From Phyllobates terribilis (taxonomy: Eukaryota), in contig NW_027362773.1 of NCBI RefSeq assembly GCF_046119375.1, positions 4,402,001 to 4,466,000 on the forward strand: a DNA stretch of 64,000 nt, written 5' to 3'. Below, piece after piece: positions 22,165 through 33,806 of the stretch. Within the stretch, counting starts at the first letter, position 1. Each line of letters opens with the position of its first letter. Below the pieces are notes generated by a model, which was not told the DNA's origin, made no database searches, and saw nothing but the letters and a program-made list of their open reading frames with translations. Position numbers and translations under genes: made by a program.

Positions 22165-25100
22165 TCATGCTGTCAGATGTCAGCGTGATCCCACAGCTGT
22201 GATTGTGACCAGCGGTAAAAAGCTTATCGCTGATCATAGACGTCAGCTGATGAAAGTACTACAACTCCCATCAGCCTATGCCTGCTGTCACTAATAACAG
22301 TGAGAGCAGGCGCCGCTGATGGGAGAAGTCATCAGCCAGCGCCTGGGCTCAAATTAAAAAAAAAAGTTTAAATAAATATATTTTGAAATAAAAATAAAAA
22401 ACACAGTTATACACACCTAACACCTAATCCCTGAAGCCCTTGTCCCATGTAAAAAATAAAAAAAACATAATACTCACCTTAACGCCTAATCCCCAAAGCC
22501 CATGTCATCTGTAAAAAGAAAAAATAATTAACCACCATAATACTCACCTATCCGCCATAATCCATACTCTCCCACGAGGTTCCGCATCACTTGTAGAACA
22601 GTCACATCAGCAGATGTGACTGTTCTACCTGGCAGCCGTCTACACACTCCCACAGTGTATAGCGCTGAGCTGCCGTGAGAGAGGTCACAGAAGTTCATAA
22701 GCTGATGAGTCCGGTAATCTCACTTACTGCACTGCCGCTATGTGAGAAAGTTCTCAAGCAACGCTGGTGCCTTAAGTGAGGTCACCAGGGTTCATCAGCT
22801 GATGAACTCCTGTGAACTCTCTCATGGCAGCTCAGCGCTACACACTGCCTGTGTCAGTGTGTAGCTTGCTGTCGTGTAGAGCAGTCAAATAAAGGAATTT
22901 TTACATGTTGTGTCTTTATTTCCAAACTTTTACAATGGGGTTAGTAATGAGGGTGCCTTATAGACTGCCTCCATTACTAACCTAGGCTTCATGTCAGCTG
23001 CCAATACAAGGCTAACATGAACCCCAACCCTATTAACCGACTTGCCACCACACCAGGGCAAGTGGGAAGAGCGAAGCTAAGCACCAGATTTGGTGCATCT
23101 TATTAATGCTCCATTTCTGGGATGGTTGAACTTTCTCATGCAGCGGAGGTGCCATAAGTGAGATGACCGGAGCTCATCATTTATGAATTCCAGTGACCTC
23201 CTGTTATGCGTTTTGCAGAGGAACCCAGCAAGACTTTCACTAACCAGCAAAAGTGCAGCTACAGACGCACTTGGCACAAGCTGCCCAGCTAGGCGAGCCC
23301 TTGAGGGTCGGGAATACTCTTCACCCAGCTCCCAGTAAATGGAAGGGGGACTTTGGCAGAGCCCTTCCTAAGCCTACTGTCGCCAGACACACGTACCTCT
23401 GCAACAACTCCAGAAAGTGAAACCAGAAGAGAAAAGGAGAAAACCCCTGAAAAGATATCAACACTAATGCTAGCAACAACTCTCTGCTGGCTTGCACAGC
23501 AGAATGAACATAATTCCACCACTGCTTAGTGCGAAACAAAGCAGCGTTCTGTGTTGCCTGGCAACCGGGGAAATCAGTGGGAGACACGGCGTTCCACATC
23601 TTCACACATCCTACAACACCAGAACGTGATGCTTCAAAAGATTGAGACTGTCTCCGTACACATGTAGTAGCTCCATCTCCAGGGTCAGGACAATAGTGGC
23701 ACTTGCAACCGGAGTAGAGGACCTGCTCCATTCCCAGGTGGGAGCACAGAACAGCGATTCCTAACACCTCCCTCGAGGCAGCTCAGCGCTATACACTGCA
23801 GGAGCAATTATGCTCCTGTCAGTGTGTAGTCGGCTGCCGGGTAGAACAGTCATACGTGCTGATGTGACTGCTTTAGAAGTGATCCGATCGTCGTGGGACA
23901 GTATGGACTACGACGGATAGATGAGTAATAGAATAGTTAATTAATTTTTCTTTTTTACAGGTGACATGCACCTAGGGGATTAGGTGTTAAGATGAGTATT
24001 AGTGTTTTTTTTCATTTTTCACAGGGGACAAGAGCTTCAGGGATTAGGTGTTAAGTGAGTATAACTGTGTTTTTTATTTTTATTTCAATATGTTTTTATT
24101 TATTTTAACTTTTTTTTAGTTTGAGCACAGGCATCGGCTGATGACTACTCCCATCAGAGACACCTGCTTTTACTTTTATCAATGACAGCAGGTGTAGGCT
24201 GATGGGAGTAATAGTACTCTCATCAACCGACGCCTTTGACGAGCCGTAAGCTTTTTACTGCTGGTCACAGTGACAGCTGCAGGCTCACGCTGACATTTGA
24301 CAGCTGATGAACTCAAGTGACCTTACACCCTGCAGCTCAGTGCTATACACTGCAGGAGCGATGATGCTCCTGCCAGTGTATTGCTGACTGCTGGATAGAG
24401 CAGTCACAGCAGTGACTTCTGATGTGCCTTTTTTTTTAATGATCTGATCACCATGGGACAATCTGGATTATTTCATCACAACGGACAGGTGAGTATTATG
24501 TTTCTTTATTATTTTATTTTTGTAACATGAGACCTGAGCTTCAGTGGATTAGGCGTTAGGTAAATATATTTTTTTTGCGTTAATTAAGAATCTTAAATAA
24601 AGGACTGCGTAATTACCGTATTTCAAATTACTTTAATCTGGGTGTTTGGTGTTTTTTCTTACAATTTTACTATGGGGTTACTAATGGGGGTGTCTTATAG
24701 ACGTCTCTCCATTACTAACCTGGGCTTCATGTCAGCTGCCAATACAAGGCTGACATGAACCCTAACCCCATTACACCACCGGCCACTGTACCAGGGCAAG
24801 TGGGAAGAGTGCAGGCTAAGAGCCAGAATTGGCGCATCTTATGGATGCGCCATTTCTGGGGCTGCTGAGAGCTGATGTTTTTAGCCTCGGAAGGGGGCCG
24901 ATATCCATGGCCCCTTGCTAGGCTATTGATATCAGTCTGCAACTGTCTGCCTAGCCTTTGCTGGTTATTAATTATAGGGGGGCCCCACATCAAATTTTTT
25001 TGGGGTCCCCCATTTTAATGAGAGGAGAAGTAGTCTCATCTGCCGGTGTCTGTTCTCAGTGTAAAAAAAAAGTTAAAATAAAATAAAGAGCACCTTATAT

Positions 25101-26200
25101 TCACCTGTCCGCCATCCTCCCATTGTCCAACGGCGATCGGATCACCTGGCAGCACTCTATACACTGACAGGAGAGTGATCGCTCCCGTCAGTGTAAAGCG
25201 CTGAGTTGCTGGCACTGAGGTCACTGGAGTTCAAACAGCTGAAGATCAGCTGAGAGGTCTGGTGCCCTCACGTCAAGAATTTTCCCACGCAACACTGATG
25301 CAGTAAGTGAGGGTACCGGAGCTGTCAGCTGATCATCAGCTGTTTGAACTCAAGTGACCTCACTCCAGCAGCACAGCGCTATACACTGACAGGAGTGATT
25401 ACTCTCCTGTCAGTGTATACAGTGCTGTCTTCTACAACAGTCACATTAGTGATTGCTGATGTGGCTGCTGTAGAAGTGACCCGGATAGTCATAGGACACT
25501 GTGGATTACGTCATGACGGCGGACAGGTGAGGGATATTGTTGTTTTTTATTTTTGGTTTCTTACAGGAGACGAGAGCTTCAGGGATTAGGCACTAGGTGA
25601 CTATACAGTGTTTTTTATTTTTAAATAGATTATTAAAATCATATGGAATTTTATTTAAATTAAAGACTTTATTCTGGCCGTGTCTTTATTTTAAAAAACT
25701 TACTACGGGGTTAGTAATGGGGGCATTTTATAGATGCCCTCCATTACTAACCTGGGCTTCATGTCAGCTGCCTATAGAAGGCATGAACCCCAACCCTATT
25801 ACCCCACTTGCCACTGCACCACAGCAAGTGGGAAGAGCGGAGGCTAAGCGCCAGATTTGGTGCATTTTCTGGATGCACCAGTTCTGGGGCAGCTGAGGGC
25901 TGATATTATTAGCCTGGGAGGGGGCCAGGATCCATGGCCCCTTCCCTGGCTATTAATATCAGCCCGTAGCTGTCTGTTTAGCCTTTGTTGGTTAGATTTT
26001 ATGGGGGAATCCTATGTCAATTTTTTTCTGGCCCCCCCCCTGTAATCTAGCCAGTAAAGGCTAAACAAATAGCTGTGACTGTTATTAATAGCCAGGGAAC
26101 ATATTTGGCTAATGGCCCCTTCCCCGGCTAGTAATATCAGCCCCCAGTGGTTGGCTTTCCCTCTGCTGGTTATGAAAATGATGCGGGAGCCCACGCCATT
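22165..26200. repeat. Cluster of long inverted-repeat non-autonomous DNA-transposon fragments
   Basis: ~22165-22870 is inverted relative to ~23775-24305; the motif CCCTATTACCCCACTTGCCAC..GGGCAAGTGGGAAGAG recurs at ~23030, 24770, 25795; no coding capacity. Boundaries approximate. Confidence 0.55.
23202..23766. mobile_element. Solo LTR, 565 bp
   Basis: TGTTA..TAACA termini with perfect 5 bp TSD CCTCC (23197-23201, 23767-23771). Confidence 0.75.
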
Positions 26201-26489
26201 ATTTTTTTCATTTTTGGTCTATGTGCCCATGATCCAGACGTAGCAGCACTTTGGACGCAGAATATTTTTGATGCATTCTATTGAATGCTGGTGAATCCAC
26301 ATGTGTTCACTGAACCATGCGAATTTACCACATTCAATACATTCTAGTTGTGAAATTTGTGTTGCGGAGACTAGCGACTCCGCAAGTGAATTTGACATGC
26401 TGCAGTCCTGAAATACGCACCGCATGTCGGTGTCCGCAGATGATCTGCAGCCTCAGTTGCACGCATAGTGGATATGGGATTTCTAGAAT

Positions 26490-29400
26490 GGGGTGCACCT
26501 TTCAAAGACTGGAAAACATATATTTGGAAGTCGCCTTGCTATACTCATCAGGAGAGCTTTAAACTAGAACAATGTGGGAAGGGAAGCAAAAGTCCAGAAA
26601 GAGCTATACAGCTGACAAATACTATTGAGATCTCTGCTATTGGAAGTGGAAAGGAAGAATAAAGACAAAAAAATCTAAATAATAAAAATATGGGAGGAAG
26701 AAAAAACAATCACAAACTAAAATCTTTTTATACAAATGCACAAAGCATGGGCAACAAACAAGGAGAACTGGAACTACTAACGCAGGAAAAGAAATATGAT
26801 GTCATTGGAATCACTGAAACTTGGTGGGATGGTACACATATTCAACTTATTTGCAAGAAACAGACTTGATAAACGAGGAGGAGGTGTCGCATTGTATGTT
26901 AGAAAAGCGTATATCTGCACAGAGATTGAAGCTTTAGAGACTGGGAGTTCTGTGGAAACTGTTTGGGTAAGAATACAAGGAGAGAACAACAGAAAGGACA
27001 CCATTGTAGGCATTTACTACAGGCCACCTGGGCAAGCTGAAGATATGGATGAACTCTTTATGTATCAAATGACCAAGGTCTCCAAAAAAGTGTGGTCATT
27101 GGAGATTTCAACTATCCAGACATTTGTTGTGAATCTCTCTCAAGTAAAACTAACAGGTCAAGCAAATTCTTATCCTCTCTTGCTGTCAACTTTATCTTCC
27201 AAAAGGTAGGGAAGAAAACAAGGGGATCTGCTACTTTGGATTTTATCCTTATAAACAGGGAGGAAATGGTTGAGGAGGTAAGGGTGGCTGGGACCCTAGG
27301 AGGCAGTGATCATGCTATTATAGAATTTGGGTTAACTAGAGGAGGAAGACATGTGAAGACTCAAACTTCAAGGTTAGATTTTAGAAAGGCAGATTTTAAA
27401 CGACTCAGAAAGAGAAGAGGAGGGATCCAATGGCTGGATGTCCTTAAGGACAAAAATGTCCAGGAAAGATGGGAAATTTTTAAAAATGAGATTCTCAAAG
27501 CACAATCGCTAACAATCCCGAAAAGAAGGAAGAATGGGAAACATTTAAGGAAACCATGATGGATGAACACAGAACTTAAACACATGCTAAAAAGAAAGAA
27601 AGAAATGTTTTATCAAATGAAAAGAGGGACGCATATCTAAAGAAGATTATAATGCAGTCTGCAGAACCTGTAGGGCACGTATCAGGTTAGCTAAAGCTGA
27701 CAATGAATTAAGGCTTGCAAGAGATGTGAAAAGCAATAAAAAAGGATTTTGGGGGTATGTCAAAAGTAAAAGAAAAGTCAAAGATGCTATAGGATTTTTA
27801 CAGGATGAAAATGATGAAATGGTAAGAAAGGATGTTGAGAAGGCCGAACTTTTTAATTCCTATTTTGCATCTGCTTTCTCTCAGAAAGAAAATGCAACAT
27901 CAATTGATCTTCACTGTCCTATTAAAGGAATAGAAGAATCCAGGTTATCTGTAAACAGAAAGATTGTGAGGAATATTTAGCAAACATAAATGAGTTCAAG
28001 TCTCCAGGTCCAGATGAATTACACCCCAGAGTACTGAAGGAGATCGTAGAAGAAATTTTAGAACCATTCTCCATAATCTTTGAAAATTCTTGGAGAACAG
28101 GAGAAGTCCCAGAAGACTGGAGAAGAGCAAATGTTGTTCCTATCTTCAAAAAGGGGAAGAAGGTGGACCCAGGGAACTATAGGCCGGTGAGTCTGACTTC
28201 TACACCAGGAAAGATCTTTGAACAAATTATTAAACAACATGTATGTAAGTACCTGGATAAGAATGACGTGATTAAACAGAGTCAGCATGGGTTTGTAACT
28301 AACAAGTCATGTCAGACTAACTTAATTTCCTTCTATGACAGAATCACTGACTGGGTGGATCAGGGAAATGCTGTAGATATAGTATATCTTGACTTCAGCA
28401 AAGCATTTGACAAAGTATCTCACACCATCCTTATTGAAAAAATGACCAAGTATGGAATGGACAAGGTAACTGTTAGGTGGATTCATAACTGGCTTAGTGA
28501 TCGGACTCAAACAATGGCTGTTAATGGCTTCACATCCAGTTGGATGAATGTCTCAAGTGGGGTACCACAGGGCTCCGTCCTGGGACCTGTATTATTCAAC
28601 ATCTTTATCAATGATTTAGGTGAAGGAATTGAGGGTAAACTGATTAAATTTGCTGATGACACAAAGCTAGGAGGGATAGCTAATACTAGAGAAGAGAGAG
28701 AGAGGATTCAAAAAGACCTAAATAAACTGGAGCAGTGGGCAGCAACTAACAGAATGGTTTTTAACAGGGAAAAATGCAAAGTACTACATCTGGGCAAAAA
28801 AAAAAATGAAAAAAGCATATACAAAATTGGAGGAATAGAGCTAAACAATAGTACATGTGAAAAAGACTTATGTATACTAATAGATCATAGACTGAACATG
28901 AGTAAACAGTGTGATGCAGCAGCAAAAAAGGCAAATACAATTCTGGGATGTATTAACAGAAGCATACAGTCTAGATCACGTGAAGTCATTATCGCACTTT
29001 ACTCCTCTTTGATCAGACCTCATCTGGAATACTGTGTCCAGTTTTGGGCACCACATTTTAAAAAAGACATCGACAAACTAAACTGGTGCAAGTTCAGAGA
29101 AGAGCGACCAGAATGGTGACCGGTCTGCAAACCAAGTCCTATGAGGAACGGTTACAGGATTTGGGAATGTTTAGCTTACAAAAAAGAAGACTGAGAGGAG
29201 ACTTAATAGCTGTCTACAAATATCTCAAGGGCTGTCACATTGTAGAAGGATCATCTTTATTCTCATTTGCACAAGGAAAGACTAGAAGCCATGGGATGAA
29301 ACTGAATGGGAGGAGACACAGATTAGATATTAGAAAAAACTTTTTGACAGTTAGGGTGATCAATGAGTGGAGCAGGCTGCCGCAAGAGGTGATAAGTTCC

Positions 29401-29535
29401 CCTTCAATGGACGTCTTCAAACAGAGGTTGGACAGACATCTCTCTGGGATGATTTAGTGAATACTGCTTTGAGCAGGGGGTTGGACCAGATGACCCAGGA
29501 GGTCCCTTCCAACTCTACCATTCTAAGATTCTATG
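26490..29535 (+). mobile_element. CR1 LINE, near-complete ORF2 (endonuclease + RT) with frameshifts
   Basis: Endonuclease motifs (YTNAQSMGNK..GITETWW ~26730-26830; GDFNYP; SDHA in 27092-27559), RT ORF 28163-29119, C-terminal ORF 29086-29457, ATTCTAAGATTCTATGA tail. 5' boundary approximate. Confidence 0.92.
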
Positions 29536-30154
29536 ATCTGACCGCTGCGGGTTTGATGCTGCAGCTTCAAATCCGCAGCGGCTCCCTCCTGATCGTGGGC
29601 ACCTACCCAAACTTTGTTTAGTGATGAACAGGTGTCAATCAGACACCCTCATTACTAAACCTAAGTAAAGTAAAGAGTTAAATAAACACACACACTGAGA
29701 GTAAAACACTTTTTGAAATACAACAGACGCATTATTTAATCATTTAAATTAACCAATATACTCACCCCAGGTCTGACAGTAATCTAAGGGTTAAAGCAAT
29801 GTCCCACTTTATTTTATTCAAATATCTTTATTTAGCTCCAAAAAGCATTCATTGCTGTACAAATATGCATAAAAAGCATCAAAAATGCGATGAAAATCGT
29901 GGCAAAAGCACATTTTTGCCGCAGCGTTTTTTCTGCCAAGAGACACTGAAACTTTGCAGAAATTTCTGCAATCAATTCCTGAACATGTGCACATATCCTA
30001 AGTATACAGCTGTGGGCTGACATTAATAGCCTGGGAAGCTCCATGGGTATTACCCTCTTATCAGGCTGTAAACATCAGGCCCAGCTGTCCACTTTCCCTC
30101 TGCTGGTTAATAAAACTTAGGGGGATCCCAAGCAATTTTTTTCTGAAATGTAAG

Positions 30155-31365
30155 TGTAGCACCCTGAGGACTCGGCTGCTACAGGGGTATTACACCTCAA
30201 CCCAGAGGTGTGGTATTCCACTCCCGGGTAAGGATGGAGTGTGGGACTGAGCTCAGAAAGCTGCATGCACTACATACATCCCATTTCCGGGGGACAGAAC
30301 TACGGTACTCCCACCAGATATATGTGCAGGTACGACAGCGTCTGTCCCTGGCTGGAGTGGGAGGGGGGTGGAACATCCCAGTAGTGTAGGGGCAGATAGG
30401 GGGAGTAGTCTGGGTAAAGCTAGGAGCTCATTGGGTGCTGGTCACCTGAACTCACACATAGAGGGAGTATATATGGTGGGCACCATCTTAGAACAGGGTA
30501 GTCAGTCTGGAGTAGTCAGTGCAGAGCAGAGGAGCTCAGCCAGGAGGGCTGACAGGAGCTGTGGCTCCGGCTGGGCCCAGCTCCAGGGCCAGCCCTGCAG
30601 AGGGAGAGAGGAGAAAGGAAGGCCCAGAGAGGAAAAGAAGAGGGAACCCCAAGATCCCAGAATAAAGACAGAAGGGTGAAGGGTTGGCGGACAAGGGTAC
30701 CGGATCCCAAGCTGGCAGAGGCCAAAGCAAACCTTAGCCAGGAACCGGAGGTCGTGGTCAAGATTTGCCACGACCCTCACCAAATCCACCAGAATGGCAC
30801 ACCGAGCATAGGGTCAGGGAAGCCAGAGAAGGTTCAACCAACAAGAGACCCGAGGGAGCCGGACACAGGTGGATCCCTGGTGGGGACGGCCAGAGAGAGA
30901 GGGTCAGAAGGGAGCTCAGGACCACGCTCCGGAACTGCCTGGGGGTTGGCCGAGTCCAGGACCTGGTGGACGCAGCACGGCTCGGGTGGTCACTCAAGGC
31001 CAGAGTGACCAAAAGAACATCAGTAAGTAAAAACCCTGAACTGCACCTCCCGTCTCTGAGTCTGCTTACTACATCATCACTACCTCCATCATCCACATCT
31101 GCTGCCCTGAGGCCATACCCCTCCCGTTGGGCGTTATACCATCATCGCTGCACCCATATCACCGGCCTCAGCGGACTGTTCTGCAGCGGCGGCTTCAAAG
31201 CCGCACTCAACGGGTGGCGTAGTCGATCAAGTTAACATCTACTGCCATAGACTGCCACTTAGTTTTACACCCTGGGCACGGACCGGGTCACCGCCACAAG
31301 GACTACTACCCCCATCCAGATCTGGCTCCGGGTATCCCCTGAAACATGGCCCAGGGGGCGCGTCA
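30155..31365 (+). repeat. 5' LTR (1211 bp)
   Basis: TGTAGCACC..GCGCGTCA; TATA-like TATATAT ~30468; AATAAA at 30661. Confidence 0.95.
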
Positions 31366-31370
31366 ACTTT

Positions 31371-31388
31371 TGGCGTAGTCGGCAGGAT
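31371..31388 (+). promoter_or_regulatory. Primer-binding site complementary to the tRNA-Ser 3' end
   Basis: TGGCGTAGTCGGCAGGAT is the reverse complement of ATCCTGCCGACTACG-CCA, the 3' end of vertebrate tRNA-Ser(AGA/TGA type) as I recall it; lies 5 nt after the 5' LTR. Confidence 0.9.
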
Positions 31389-31678
31389 AACGTGCCCGCA
31401 ACTACCGGGTACTGCGTGCCTGAAGAAAAGTTCACGTTTACCTCAAAAAGAAGTCTCCCGCCAATTCCGGAGGGTCCCCGCCATCGGACGCGATCACGGG
31501 TCGTTTCCCGCTGGTTGCCCGCCATCTGCAGCTTTTTCCCGCCATCCACGGAGTTTCCCGCCACTGGGAGACGATTCCCGCCATCTGGGAAGATTTCCCG
31601 CCCTGGCAGAGCGGACGCCATTATGGGCGTGCCAGAGGGTGGCAAGAGGCCACCTCCCATCGTGGGCCAGGTCGAAGA

Positions 31679-33331
31679 ATGGCGCCAAAAGCGGAAACCG
31701 CCCCCACCAGCAGAGACTGTAATGCTAGAGATGTCCATCAGCGTGAGGGGACTGCCCCTGGATCTGATAATCACCGAGTTGCCCCGAGACCACCCTCAAT
31801 GTGGGCGGATACAGAACAAAAGAAAGAGGATGGGTGCAGCCTGGAGGAGTCTGGAGAGAGCGCACCCGGAGATGAGAAGTCTGGAGAGGAGTCTGGAGAA
31901 GTCGCACCCGGAGATGGAGGGAGAGTCAGGCAGCACCGACCCTGTGGTCAGGAGCAAGCAACCACCCCACTAGGCCTAGTGGAGATCCTGGCACAGCTTC
32001 CCCAAGACCGGGAGCGTGCACAGACCGCGCTGGAGGGCCTCGCACGGAGGATGGCCCGGGTGCAGCGAGAAACGCTGACGGAGTGGAGCAGAGAGATGGC
32101 CCTGCAAGCTGGAACCCGCCAGCGGAGCACGCCACCCGAGACGAGGAGTCAGACCGCCTCTGAGGATGGTGCAGGAGGAATGAAGGCCGGAGACGACGCC
32201 GAGGAAGGAGCTAACGAGACGGAGGCAGGTAAAGGGGACGTCACTACCCCAAGCCGGGAAACCGCGAGCCTGCCCCAGCTCCCCGTCGCAGAGCCCGAAA
32301 TTCCCCCTGCCGTGCCCGTCGCTGCATCGTCACCGCTCCAGACTAGGCCTCAAGCAGAAGCCGCGGCCGCGACCCCTGTGACGTCATGCGCCTCAACCCT
32401 GAGCGCGGCCAAGACGGAGACGCCACCGGCCTGGTCGCAGGGCCGAGTGCCCCCGGGCGCCGCAGTTCCAACAGCGCCCTCTACCTCCACGGAGCCACCG
32501 GCCTGGTCGCAAGGTCAGGTTCCCCCGGGCGCCGCCGTCTTCACGGTGCCCTTTACCTTTAGGGTGCCCCAAGCCTGGTCGCAAGGCCTGGTAAACCTGG
32601 GCGCCGCTGCCACCACCGCGCCCTCAACATCCAAAGTGCCGCACCTGGGTGAAGACTTGTTTGCCCAGCACACTTGCCCGGACGGGCAGCCCTTTGTGTG
32701 GCCACCGGAGTACTACCAACACCAACTCCAGAAGGAAAGGCCCCTGTGCGAGCCCCTGATTCCGCCTCCGGCGCCTGTCAAGATGACCCCGCTCTCGTTG
32801 GAGGAGGCGCAGTTTGAGTGGGACCCCGCAGGAGGAGACCTCATCGGGTTCACTCAGGAGACCCGGGCGGCCGCAGCTGAGCGTGCAGAGTGCTGCCGCC
32901 AGCAGTTGGAAGTCTTTGAGCGAGAACGGAGAGAGAGACGAGCCCGCGAGGAGCGGCTGCAAATACAAAGTGCAGAACAGAAGAGCCGGACCCGACGGAA
33001 CCCCCGTGCAGCTCATGGTCCCCGTGCCACCGGGACTGTAATTAAATTCCAACTGCAGCACGGTTGGGGTTTCATCCGGGATCACCGCGCCCCCGGCGAC
33101 GTCTTCGTGACCAGAAGAGATGTCGAGTCCCACCTACCGGAGGGACACAGAGGACGTGACCTATACCTGGGTGACGAGGTCACCTTCACCCGGCACCAAT
33201 GTGCCAAAGGACCCTACGCCCTTCATGTACACCGGCTGACGGAGGAAGAGCTGCGGTGTGAGGAGGAGCAAGAGGACCCGGATGGGTCTGAAGCTTACCC
33301 GCGAGAAGGAGCAGGAGGACGCCGTTACTAA
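31679..33331 (+). CDS. 550 aa protein: low-complexity/repeat N-terminus, two predicted helical segments, C-terminal cold-shock domain (aa ~450-520)
   Basis: Uninterrupted ORF with strong Kozak context (AGAATGG). GTVIKFQLQHGWGFIRDHRAPGDVFVTRRD..LYLGDEVTFTRHQCAKGPYALHV follows the CSD pattern (RNP1-like GWGFI, RNP2-like VFV). Confidence 0.85.
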   Translation: MAPKAETAPTSRDCNARDVHQREGTAPGSDNHRVAPRPPSMWADTEQKKEDGCSLEESGESAPGDEKSGEESGEVAPGDGGRVRQHRPCGQEQATTPLGLVEILAQLPQDRERAQTALEGLARRMARVQRETLTEWSREMALQAGTRQRSTPPETRSQTASEDGAGGMKAGDDAEEGANETEAGKGDVTTPSRETASLPQLPVAEPEIPPAVPVAASSPLQTRPQAEAAAATPVTSCASTLSAAKTETPPAWSQGRVPPGAAVPTAPSTSTEPPAWSQGQVPPGAAVFTVPFTFRVPQAWSQGLVNLGAAATTAPSTSKVPHLGEDLFAQHTCPDGQPFVWPPEYYQHQLQKERPLCEPLIPPPAPVKMTPLSLEEAQFEWDPAGGDLIGFTQETRAAAAERAECCRQQLEVFERERRERRAREERLQIQSAEQKSRTRRNPRAAHGPRATGTVIKFQLQHGWGFIRDHRAPGDVFVTRRDVESHLPEGHRGRDLYLGDEVTFTRHQCAKGPYALHVHRLTEEELRCEEEQEDPDGSEAYPREGAGGRRY

Positions 33332-33797
33332 AGTACGGTAAAGAGAACTGTAAAATAGTTACCCGTCGGGGTACAAGAACTGTTAATAGTTAAAATATGT
33401 TCCCCGTTGGGACAAGTGTGAACTGAAACCCGTGTGTCCCCTATCCATTAACAGGCTGAGGACTGTGAACAGCCATTCCCTAATTCCCACTGGTCGAGGA
33501 CTGAGAGCGGCCATCCTCCTTGTACATAGTTGCGCTTCCTAAGGCGCCCCCTACTGGTTTTATAGGAAACTATTGTATTTTCTACAAGAGACTGTCGCAC
33601 TTTTCCCGGTCACAAGTTGCACCGTGGCCGGAGGAACAAGAATATTAACAATGAAAAGTTTATTATAAAAAGTTTTATGCTGCTGATAATATATATATGA
33701 TGTTTTATATGTTTATGATGTTTTGAAAAAAAAAAAAAATTGTATGTTTTTGTATGTTTTTGCTCTTTTACAGCCCGAGGACGTGCTGTGATTTACC

Positions 33798-33806
33798 AGG
33801 GGGGAA
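33798..33806 (+). promoter_or_regulatory. Polypurine tract
   Basis: AGGGGGGAA directly abutting the 3' LTR start TGTAGC at 33807. Confidence 0.85.

Noticed and set aside
31392-31973. 193 aa ORF overlapping the leader and start of the CSD ORF
   Set aside because: Starts at a non-ATG codon, has no recognisable motif and lies in GC-rich repetitive sequence; an upstream ATG at 31623 in this frame could at most be a regulatory uORF.
31679-33331. Host YBX1/YBX2/LIN28 gene or processed pseudogene
   Set aside because: The CSD is far more diverged than vertebrate Y-box CSDs, Y-box charged tails and LIN28 CCHC knuckles are absent, and the ORF lies between LTRs with PBS, PPT and TSD.
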